Assembly: GCF_009914755.1 (NCBI RefSeq)
Contig: NC_060941.1
From: the human T2T-CHM13v2.0 reference genome, Homo sapiens
Length of the DNA stretch: 64,000 nucleotides
Reading direction: 5' to 3' (one strand)
The first letter of the stretch is position 1. Every line of letters begins with the position of its first letter. This document shows positions 12,601-25,332 of the stretch, piece after piece. The notes below the pieces were generated by a model. The model did not search any database, was not told the origin of the DNA, and was given only the letters and a program-made list of their open reading frames with translations. A program made the translations under genes and the position numbers.

Positions 12601-14312
12601 TAGGGTTTGGAGCGAGTCAGTGGCTGAGAAACTCTCTCCCAGGAGCAATGTTCCCTCCTGGTCAATAATCAGTGAGCACAGATAGGCGAGGCTGGTTAGG
12701 AGCAGACCACGCCCATGGCAGGGGTCTCCCCCTCGGGCACGCGTGAGGAACTGGAGGTCTGAATGGCTTCTGTCCCCTGCAGAGCAGCTGTCTGAGGGGG
12801 TCTGTCCCCGGAGGCCAGGACCCTGGTCAGTGCCATCCGGGTCACGGGTGTTCTTTTGGCCCCAGCTGTAGGAGGGCAGCGATGCAGGGCCCAAACCAGA
12901 AGCCGCTCCTGAATCCCTGACCCCAGGATCAGTGTGAAACAAAGCCCACGACCCAAGGACCCCGCAGTCAGCAGCCGCACAGACGGAGCCAGCACTGGAG
13001 CCCGTCTCAGGTGGCTCCGCTCTTGTGTCCCCTGTCCCCGCTTTCCTGCCCTGGGGAGGGTGCCCCCAAGCCTGGTACTGCAGAGAAGGCCACCTCGGTG
13101 GCTCCTTGGTTGTGACATGAAGTCCTGCGGGAGGGCCTGGGGGGACTCCGGTCCCAGGGAGGTGTCTTTCTCAGGATGGGGGGCCATATCTGGTTGCCAG
13201 TGTCTCTGTCCAGCCTTGCGTTCCTGGCTGTGGGAGGTGCCAGTGGGTTCCCTTGCCCACAGTGTCTGTGACCGTTGTCCCAGACATGCTCCTGTGTGCC
13301 CGCTGCCGAGCTCCAGCTGCTCCAGGCTCCTCCACTCCCCAGTCACACATTTGACGACTTGTCTGGCACTGGGCCCCGTAGAAACAGACAGGACAGGGTC
13401 TCAGCAGCCCCAGGGGTGATACCGGTGGCAGGGGCTGGGCTTAGAAGGATGCGCTGGGTCCTCCGGCTGTCCCCACTGTGCTTGTTTGTTTAAACGTCTG
13501 AAGGGCAAACGGCAGAGCATCAACTTCTGGTAGCTCCGAATGGTGGGTCCACGGGCATTTGTGACGGTCTCCTAGGTACAGTTTATACATTGGAAGCATT
13601 TTTGTAATTGTTACCAGCAGTCACATGCAGGCGGTCACATCACTGCAGGGCCAACTGGACTGTGTCCCGGGCAGAGACTGAACACGTGCACACACCCAGC
13701 CAGAGCACGCACGCGGGCACAGATAGTCCTGGATCCAAGTACCGAGGGGCGGCGCTCATGCCATCTCCATGGAGTGCTGGAGGGGTGACAGGGAGAGTGG
13801 CCCCTGGCAAGGTGGTCAGAGAGGCTGGGGAGTGGTCCACGGGGCGGCCGGTCTGAACTGCCCACCTGGCTTCTCGGCGGCCCCCGCTCATGCCATGGGA
13901 CTCTGGGCAGCTGGGGTCCAGGGCTGGCTTCAAGGACGCCTGCTGGGAGTTCTCGAGTCTGTTCCCTGCCTCTGCAGTAGCCCCTTCCTTTTCGGGAGGT
14001 GTAGTCTGCGAGGCCCCTGGAAAAGCCTGGCGGGGGGCGTGGTTCTCCATCCATGGCAGCTCCCTCTGCCCACTCGGGGGACTCTCCCCCGCCAGGACTG
14101 TCCACTCACGAGCTCAGTCTGGCCAGTACGTTCCTAGGCAAGGTTCAGTTCGCCTCCCAGCCTTCCTCGGTGGACACCTCTGGTCTCGCCGGTCACGTGG
14201 GAGCCATGCCCAGGGCACCTTGGGAGGATGCTGTGCCGTGGGACCTGAACAGGCAGCAGAGGTGACCAGGGTCTTTGGAGATGCACTTGTTGTACCCAGG
14301 AAGATTGGAGGG

Positions 14313-14643
14313 TTTTTTGTTTTCTTGGTTTTTTGTTGTTGTTGTTGTCTTTTCCCCCTTTTTGGAGACAGAGTCTCACTCTGTCACTCAGGCTAGAGTG
14401 TGGTGGCGCAGTCATACATAGCTCATTGCAGCCTCCTGGGCTCAAGCGATCCTCCCACCTCAGCTTCTGAGTAGCCAGGACTACAGGTGTGTGCTGTCAC
14501 GCCTGTATACTTTCTAAACTTTTTGTAGAGACAAGAGCTTGCTTTGTTGCCCAGGCTGGTCTCGAACTCCTGGACTCAAGTGATCCTCCTATCTCGGCCT
14601 CCCAAAGTGCTGGGATTACAGGCGCGAGCCACCGTGCCTGGCC
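14313..14643 (-). mobile_element. Alu (AluJ-like), antisense, with decayed (TTG)n tail
   Basis: gagacagagtctcactctgtcactcaggctagagtg...gagccaccgtgcctggcc. Confidence 0.9.
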
Positions 14644-17600
14644 AGAGGTTGGTCTTGCAAGGCAAATTTGCCCATGAAGAAAGGAACAGGCCCTGCTCCA
14701 AGCTGTGGCCTGGGTCTGCCCTCCACACTGAGCGGACGTCCAGGCAGCCTTCGGGCTGGGTATTGAATGTGCTCTGCCGGGCAACCTTGGTCACTTGTGG
14801 CCAAAAGGGAGGTGGAAATGTGGAAAGAAACCCCTCTGCCCCGTCAGACCTTAAACCTCCTTGCGGACACTGGGCAAAGGAAGAGGCAAAAGGTGCTTTG
14901 GAGGGAGGAGAGAGGCACAGGGAGGGTTGCTGCAGAGGGGTTCCTAGTGGACGCGGGGGCAGGAGAAGGCCCTGGCGTGCCTGTCCCGCTGCAGCTGTGG
15001 GAGCTGGGCTTGGCCAGGTCGCTCAACCCGTGGGGAGAAGGTGTCGGGTTAGCTCAGCCCCCGCAGAGCCTCATCTCCACCCCTGTGTGTCACGTAGGGG
15101 CCCTCTGCAGCCTCCACTCCAGCCACCCCGGGTGGATGGCCGCTGACCCGGGAGCCCCCGTCTGCCTGGGACGCTGGGAGTGTGTGAGCAGATTTGGTGC
15201 CAGAGGCCCGGGCAGGCCTGAGGGTCCTTGATCCCAGCGTGATGGTGCGTTGCTGGTCCAGGGCCCATCCTTGGAGCCGGCGGGTTGGAGTGGTGGCTCA
15301 GGACAGTGGGGGTGGATGACAGAAGGCAGCCTCGGCCTCTGCTCTCCCTCCACCCCCATGTCCAAGATCTGAATGCTGACCCAGCCTTGACACCAAGGTG
15401 GCTCTTTGGACTTGCTTGGTTTCAGAACTGTGTGTGGGGAAGCAGCGTCAGCTACCGTCATCACCATGGCAACACAGACATTGATTTTTTTTTTTTTTTT
15501 CCCCCATTGGTTACCCGCTGGCCACATTCCATTTTTGCCTTTTTTGTAGGTGGGAGAAGAACTCTGCTTCTCCCAAGGAGAAGCTGGTGGCTGGAGGGCA
15601 GCAGAGAGAAGGGGCGGGATTGGGAGTCACCCCCGAGGTGGCGTCCTTGGGCTTTGGGTCAGCACTGGATCTGGTCCCCTGGCCCCTGTGGGGGCTCTGA
15701 TAGCAAGATGTCCTGTCAGCCCCCTGGCCATCTGTCCTTCCCCGTGATGAGTGCGCTCTGTTCGAGCCCTGCCCAGGTGGGTGGTGATGAGCTCTCGAGG
15801 TGCCTTTGGGCTCTGGAAGCCACCAGGATAATTGAGAGTTGTGGATAGCTACTTCAGAAGGCTCTGGAAGGTGATGCATGCTCACAGCCAGCTTGGAGCA
15901 GCTGACCTCTCGCACAGAGCCCCTCTTCCACCAGCAGAGAAAGGAGAAGAGTTCCAGTGCCTCCGGAAGCAACAGAAATATCCAGGAAACGAGTGTTTCT
16001 GTGCCCTCAGTGTCCACTGGCCAAAAAGAGCACCCTGACCACTCGGTAGCAGCGCCCGTCCGTCCCTGAGCCTCTGTTTGAGGGACTCACGTCCAGCTCC
16101 CGGCAGACTCAGCGCGGGGGTCGGATGCCTTCTCCGCACCATCCCTCACCGCCACGAGCTGCTGTGGCTCACATTCTGCCATCCGAGCTCTGTCCAGGAG
16201 GCAGCCGAGAATTGGAGCAGTTCCCACGCCAAGTAGGGCCTTGTGGGTGGCCGGTCCCCTCCTCCAGCGTGGCACGGAGGCGCCGGAGCATGCAGGTCTA
16301 TGCCTCTGCAGAGTCTGGGGCATCTTGTTCCATTTCCTTGCTGCCTCTCCTCTCGTCCGTGATCATCCCCCCCTCCCCCTCTGCTTCCGGCCTCCCCGGC
16401 CTTCCCAGTCTCTTGGGCCATCATCGTGGTTGTGTTGGTCCTGTTGCTCCTCCTTCGAGCGCCCACGTAGGGCTGGGGTTCCCTGCGGGCTGTGGGTGCC
16501 GTGCCCTCCCCGGCTGGCTCCAGCCCTCAGAAGCTTGGGGAGGGTGGGCTGGGCCATCTGCATTCCACCTGCCCAAGGGCTGCCACTCCCTTTTCCCAGA
16601 TGGCTGGAGTGCCCCAGGGCAGCGTTGGGAGACCTGCGCAGGCCCCACCTCAGTCCACAACAATGTTCCTTGATTCCCTCCGGCTTCCTGCTCCTTCACC
16701 TCCTCCTGCGCAGCCCGGCCTGACCCATGTAATCAGGGAACAGGAGGGGCTCTCCTCAGTGTCCCTATGTCCATGCCTTGTGGCCACCTGAGCACTTCTC
16801 AGGGTCCAGTGGAAAACTCTCCTGCCCTGTTTGACGCCCACACTCGTCAGTTTCACCTTGGTGCCAAGAGCAGACGATCTGCTCCAGGCCCCACTTGGGC
16901 CACAGCCTCACAGCCGTCTCCACGTCCCCACCCGAACCTGGCATTTCCTGAATTCCTGGCCCGTGTCCGAGAAGGAGGCTAACCCTCCTGGGAGAGCTCT
17001 GGCAGGTGCTGACCCAAGTCCGTGGGGTCTTCAACCTTTGCAGACACCTGCGCCCAGAGGCCACGCCTCCCACTCTGAGCACAGGCGGGCGGACGCTGTC
17101 TGGCAGGCTCTGCCTTTCTTTCATTTTTCCTGACCTCTTCGCCCAGCGTCCTCTGCTTGGAGGTGGGTGTATGAGAAGGGGCCATTGGTGTCAGAGTGGG
17201 GCTGTCTGCTGAGCAGGTGAACACACCCCCAGTCCTTGCTCTGGGGCCGGGCTGTCCCGTGGGCCTCACGGACCTCATTGTCTGTGGTCATGAGCCTGCA
17301 TCTTACTGATTTAATCCCGGGTGCCGGGTACAAACATGCACGCTTCCCTGATGAGAAAATGGCATCTGGCCTGGAGCCCCTTCCCACAGCCCTGGGTATT
17401 GGGTGCCTGTCACCTCCAGGATGACCCCCAGCCAGCAGACAGGTAGCAGGTGGAGGGTACCTGCTCTGGGGCCCTGGTGGCCCCAGTGGGTTGAAGCTCT
17501 CTTCGTAGGTGGCGTGGGGCCTTCTGTCCCCATGACCCTCCAGCGGCCCCTCCCCATGCCAGGGCTCAGCACCCCTGCTCCTCAGAGATCGAAGCCTCCT

Positions 17601-18656
17601 TCTCGGACCTTCCCCACCACTGTGGTCCCAGCTTCCTGTGCAGTCTCTTGGTTACCCAGGAGTTCAGAACTTTTACCACCTGGGGTGCCTTTCAGATACT
17701 CTGACCTCTTGGTTTGTAGGAGTACCAGGCCGGGGTGGGGAGGTGGAGGCTGTGCTGCTCCCCTCACCCTGGGCTCAGCCAGGGCCGCCAGCCTTCTTCC
17801 TGGGAGCAGTCACCAAGCTGGTCTCGGGCCGTGCTTTGGTAGAAATGATCTTTTAACTGACTAAGCGGAGTGTTAACTGAAATCATCATGAAATGCTGTT
17901 TATGCTCCATTTGGGATTCGGAGTCAAGCATTTGGGGACCCTCGGGCAGGGTCTGAGCTGCTGTTTGCCCTCGCAGATGAGGACGACGATCTGCACAGAT
18001 CTGCCTCCAACCCTGGGCTGAGAGCATCCGAGGCCCAGGCTCTTCCCTCCCCCAGTCTTTTTCACTGTCTCTGAGATTCACGCTCTCTCTCAGGTTCTTG
18101 TCACTCGCAGACTATAAGAACACGTTGTATTTTCTGGAGTAAAAAAAGGCACAAATCTTTAAAATGTCACTGTTGTGAAAGCCGAAGTGTGAGGGGCTCT
18201 TCTAGGTTAAAGGACTAAAGATGCCCAGCGCCCCAGAGGAAGGGTGAGAGTCCTCTGGGAGCTGGCAGGCGCCAGTTCCTTGTCGCTCACGGTTAAGCCC
18301 GTGTATCACTTATTTGTCTCAAGTGCTTATGGAGCAGTCTTCCAATAGGTGGAATGCTGATTTGTTTTCCTAAAATGAGAGAGACTAAAGCCACGTGCCA
18401 ACGCAACACAGCGGGACCCTTGATGAGAACCTGGATCAGGGAGGAGCTTGTCAATGGCATCGTCGGGCCATTCAGGAGCATGGTGTGTGCTGTTGATGAG
18501 AGGAGGATGCGTCTGTGGTAACCTTCCTGTGTGTCACAATGGAGGCGTGATGAGGCAGAGAAGGTCCTTGCTCTTAGGACACAGCTGCAGTATTGGGGGC
18601 AGGGGCAGCATCACATTGTCTGATGTCTGCAGTTGAGTCTCAAGGGGCTGAAAAAA

Positions 18657-19222
18657 GTGCCTGTGTGCCTGTGTGTCTGTGTGCATGCATGGATACGTGT
18701 GAGTGCCGGTGTGTGTGCATGCACGGATACGTGTGAGTGTGCGTGCACTGGTACATGTGTCACTGTGTGTGCGTGCACGGATACGTGAGTGCTGGTGTGC
18801 GTGCATGGATGCGTGTGAGTACGTGTGTGTATGCACAAATACATGTGAGTGCCAGTGTGTGTGCATGCACGGATACATGTGAATGCCTGTGTCTGTGCGT
18901 GCATGGATGCGTACGAGTTGCCTGTGTGTGTGCACGTGCACAGATGTGTGAGTGCCTGTTCGTGTGCGTGCATGGATGTGTGAGTGCCTGTGTGTGCGTG
19001 CACGGATGCGTGAGTGCCTGTGTGCGTGCACGGATGCGTTGAGTGCCTCTGTGTCTGCGTGCATGGATGCGTATGAGTGCCTGTGTGTGTGCATGCACGG
19101 ATGCGTGTCTGTGCGTCTGTGTGCGTGCACAGATGCGTGTGAGTGCCTGTGTGTGTGCACGGATGCATAAGTGCCTGTGTGTCTGTGTGCATGTACGGAT
19201 GCGTGTGAGTGCATGTGGGTGT
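18657..19222. repeat. Degenerate ~30-bp TG/CA-rich minisatellite (approx. GTGTGCRTGCAYGGATRCGTGTGAGTGCCT)
   Basis: Recurrent units, mostly alternating purine-pyrimidine. Confidence 0.9.
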
Positions 19223-21100
19223 ACCTATACATCACAGAAAGAGTGGTGAAGCGATTGTGGCAAAGCACACCGCCAGGGAACCTCGGCGAAGTGAATGGGT
19301 GTTTGCTCTGCTATCCCTGCAACTTCTCTCCAGGTTGGAAAGGTTGGGCTGGGAAGAGAATAATGTAGTTCTGTTTTCTAAACCACAGGGAAGAATGGGC
19401 TTGGCAAAGCCATGACTGACAGTGCTTTCTGTCTCCTTCACCTTCCCACTGTGTTGAGCCAGAGCCATTCGTGGGAACCCCTGGGTGTGGTTGTGAAGCC
19501 AGCCTCGGCTCAGCTCACCCACAGAGCTGTCTCCAGCCACATTTGCATTCCGGCTGTGCCCACATTTGGCATTGGGGGAAACTTCCTGGTGCCTGTGATT
19601 TCAAGCCGGCGGCCAGGTCTGCGCCTGTGCTGGGTCTGGGGCATCTTGTGGCACTTCCTTGCTGCCCTCTCTCTTCCGGGACCATCCTCACCTCCCTCCC
19701 CATCCCTTCCCCTCTGCTTCTGGTCTCCCCAGCCCTCCCAGTCTCCTGGGCTCAGCAGATGACCACCCAGGGCATCCCCGGTTTGGCCTCAATCTTTGAA
19801 TCGTGTGAAGCGATCGGAAGGAGCTCGGCCGTCGCCTCAAGTGGGCCGCCTTCCGGTGGGCTCCCTTCCGGTGGGCCGCTTGCATGCCGTGCTGTCTTCA
19901 GGGATGAGCAGTTAATCCTTCTCGTTCATCTGCTCACTAGACGCGGCTGTGTCAGAGCAGTGCCTGCCTCCTTGTGGCCCTAACCTTGTGGGGTGCTCCT
20001 TTGAGAGCGTCCTGAGTGACCCTCTCCAAGGACCCTACCTCCACCTGTCCACCAGCCCTCCTTGCCTTTAACCCTTTCAGTGCTACGCGTATCACCACAC
20101 TCCCTCTGTGCCCTTCTCCCCCAGGTAGGGGCCACTTAGAACACTATGGCAGCCTTTGGTGGGCCTCAAGTCCTGCTCCTCCCCTCCGTGGGCACATTGG
20201 GGCCCCCAGTACTGCCCAGCCTTTGCACTGGCCAGCCACAGGCTCCATATGAGGCCAGCTGGGCACTGCCATCTCTGTCCTGGCACGGAGGTTCTGCCAG
20301 GGTCTGTGTATACTTTTTTGGGTCTGCTGGGAATTTTTTTTTTTTTTTTGTAGTGGTGATGAATAAAATGCATAACGCAGAGAAGCAGAAGTGCCTGCAC
20401 CCGGGTGTTCCCTCTTGCTAGTAATCCTGAGGTTTGGTAGAAGCCAGCTCCTGCTGGGGTCAGGGGCAGTGAGGCAGGGGCTCCCCAGAGTACAGCCTGA
20501 GAGGCCTGGCTGCTTGGCTGGGGGGAGTGCCGAGTCTCAGGTCCTGCCAGGAGGCACAGTCCTTCCAGAATCAATCCCTGTTACCATCTGCAGCTTAACT
20601 CATTTTAAGCTTAACCATCTGCAGCTTAACTCATTCTTGCTTTATCTTCCCTGTGGACCAGGTCTAGCCTGGGGCAGACAGGAGATGGCAGATGGACACC
20701 TGGGAGGGGCTCACTGAGCTCCGCCTCTCCATCAACGGAGGCCCCGTCTAGGTTGTGGAGGATGCTTGAGAGAGCCCTGATGTTCTGACCTCCCAAAAGG
20801 TCAAGGGTGCTGGCAGCCGGTGAGACGCCGCAGTTTGCTCTGCTCCCCGGGGCTGTGCTTGCCAGGAGACATTTCGGCTATAAGCAGGCGAGAATACCTC
20901 CAGAACACACATCAGGAAGACAGATGGTGTGCAGGTGGGGCTCAGGGCTGTCATCCCCTGAAGCTGCTTCTGAAAGAGCTGTTCTTGCAGCAGCACTGTT
21001 ACAAAAGGCCACATGGGAAACAGCCCGCACCTCTCAGTGGATGCCGGCAGAAACGCCTCGTGTATCCATAGGGTGAAGTTGTATTCAACCACAAAGGACA

Positions 21101-21373
21101 GGCTGGGTGTGGCTCATACCTGTAATCCCAGCACTTTGGGAGTCCACTTGATCCCAGGAGTTCAAGACCAGCCTGGGCAACATAGTGAGACCCCATGTCT
21201 ACAAAAGTATCTTAAAAATGATCTGGGCATGGTGGCACACCCCTGTAGTCCCAGCTCCTCGAGAGGCTGGGGCCGGAGGATCCCTCGAACCCAGGAGTTG
21301 GAGGCAGCAGTGAGCCATGATTGTGGCACTTCACTCCAGCCTGGTGACAGAGTGAGACCCCTGGCTCTAAAAA
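21101..21373 (+). mobile_element. Alu (AluJ-like), sense, with small left-arm deletion
   Basis: ggctgggtgtggctcatacctgtaatcccagcactttggg...gacagagtgagaccc. Confidence 0.88.
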
Positions 21374-21681
21374 GACAAGAAGGAGACTCTGAGGCAGGCT
21401 GCACCATGGATGGAGCTTGAAGACATTGTGCCCAGGGAGAAAAGCCAAATGTAGAGGGTCATGTGTGATTGCAGTGATTGAAGTGTTGGGAATAGGCCGC
21501 TCCACAGAGATGCCGTGAGACTGGTTCCCGGAGCTAGGGGGCAACTCCTGGTGGGCGTGGGTTTCTCTTCGGGGTGATGAAAGTGTCCGGGCAGTCAGCT
21601 AGCTCAACTGGTGAGCGCATGATGCTGACGATGCCACAGTTGTGGACTCGATCCCCACACCGGCCACAGTCCCAATTTCTT

Positions 21682-23200
<1,519 letters not shown>

Positions 23201-25202
23201 GTCTGCCTTCCTGTACTGCAGCCTCCGCTCCTCTCTGGCTGTGCTCTCTGCTGCTCCAGGCTGGCAGCAGATCTTGAGGATGCAGCCTCTGGAAGCTCTC
23301 AGGGCTCCTGAGTTTTGGGGTGTTTGACCTCCAGCCTGCTCAGCCCCGAGTCACCTTTGAGCTGTGGGGGTGTCAGGTCTCTCCCCTGCAAAGTGGGGTG
23401 ATAGTCCCATGCTGGTTGGGGTAAGACCTGGGGGGAGTGAGACCAGGCTCAGCCTGCAGGAGAGATGGAGGGCAGTTGTGGGGTCTCACCGATCTCTGCT
23501 GGGATTCCAGAAAGGAGCTGGGGACTCAGCAGATGGAAAGGGCCCTCTCCGCCAGGTGCTGCGCCCAAGCAGAACCAACCCGAGGACAGAAAGATGCTGG
23601 CCGGGCATGCCTGGGGCCTGGGTTCCTCAGCCTCACCTGACTCAGGTGCTGTTTTCCTTGCTGGGGAGCAGGGGCCCAGCCGGGGTCTTGAGGCAGCCCT
23701 GTCCCCATCAGCTGCGCTCAGACCTGTCCACAGGAGGCTGGGCTCCCTGGTCACAGGCAGTCCCGTGGAGCGGGTTTCACTCTTAGCCTGGCGACCGCCC
23801 CGTCTGAGGTGGAGGTAGAGCTGGTGGGGTGAGGCCCACGGTGACCCCAGTGTGGACCGGCTGCTGCTTCACTCATCACGGTGCATTGGTAGGTGGTTGA
23901 AAAGAGAGAGGCCTCGTTTTCAGGATGACTGTGTAGACACATCACCCGTGACACCCATGTGTGCCCCCTTTCTAGCCCTCCGATGCTCCTCCCCCTCCTC
24001 ACTCCCCAGCATCCCTAGGCAGCCCTGGGCTGGTGGGGTGAGCTGCCCAGAGTTGGCTGACCCATCAGCCTGGGTGCAACGCTGCTGCACTCCCACACCT
24101 ACATCCTGAGGCGTGGCCACCTGCTGTCCATCACCCCCAACACCCCAGATCCCCGGATCCTTCTGATGGCGACGGCTCTGCCGGTCTGTTCTGGCTCATG
24201 TGCTGTGTGCCCTGGCCCGCTGGCACTCAGCTTACATTTGAACCTCGTCTTTAGAGTTAAGGTCCCACCTGTGCTGTGGACCAGACGTGGGCCTCCCAGT
24301 GAGTGGGGGGCATCTGATAGGTGAGGCTGCTTAGGAAGCCTGGCACACCCTGTCCCTCAGCAGGGTGGGCCTGGGTAAGTCTGCCCGCCGCATGGGAGGG
24401 AGTGTGGAGAGATGAAGAGATGAGGGAGCCCGAGAACGCATGGCCTCACGTCTCACCCCAAGGGAGGCTCTCAACGGCTGTGGAGCCCTCGCTACTCCGT
24501 CTTCAGGCCCCTGAAGGACACAGGCAACCGCGGACAAGACTTAGTTGCTCAGCGGAACTCACTGCCCCTACCGGTGCCTCTCACTGCTGATCTTAGGGTC
24601 TTGGCATTCCTTAGGGGCCTGGTGCTCCATGTGCCCCGTCCTTCCAGCTGGCACCTCGGGGGTTAAGCGCTGGTGGCTGCACACACTCATGCTCCCGGCT
24701 GGGGCGCCTGCGGCACCCTGGGGGTTAAGTGCTGGTGGCCGGACACATTCACACTCCATGCCCACGTGGTTTCCTGCAGCTGCCTGTAAGGTGCAGTTTA
24801 AAAATTCAAGGCATGGGATGATTTTGTGCAGCCGCCGCTCGAAGCTCAGGGCGGGCACACGCCTGGTCTGTGCAGCTTTGCCTGGACCTCCCCTGTGTGT
24901 GCGCCAGCCGCACATTGTGGGGCTGGGGGCTCGGGCTGGCGGGGATGCTGGGGTGCACATTTGAGTGCTGCAGCTGCACGGGCGGGTGGTGATGACCGTC
25001 ACCTGGCCAGAACCCCCTGAGAAGCTCCACATACTCTTTTTCTTTTTGGATTCAGCAGTCCCTTTTTCAAAGGATTTGTTGTTGGCTGTTGTCTTCCAGA
25101 TGTTCCTCTTGACTCCATTGTGTGTAGCCTTTTAGGGGAACACGTGCTTGTTATCTGGTCTTGACATTCACTTATAATTTGGGGCTGCAGAATGTGGCGG
25201 GA

Positions 25203-25332
25203 ACCAGGCACGGTGCTGCATGCCTTTGCTCCCAGCTACTTGGGAGGCTGAGGTGGGAGGATCACAGAAACCTAGGAGTTGGAGACCAGCCTGGGTGACA
25301 TAGTGAGACCCCATCTCAAAAAATAAAAAAAA
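25203..25332 (+). mobile_element. Alu monomer (FLAM-like), sense
   Basis: Single arm ccaggcacggtg...gagaccccatctc followed by an A-rich tail. Confidence 0.8.

Noticed and set aside
18534-19268. His/Thr-rich and Cys/Val-rich ORFs
   Set aside because: Translations of the TG/CA minisatellite.
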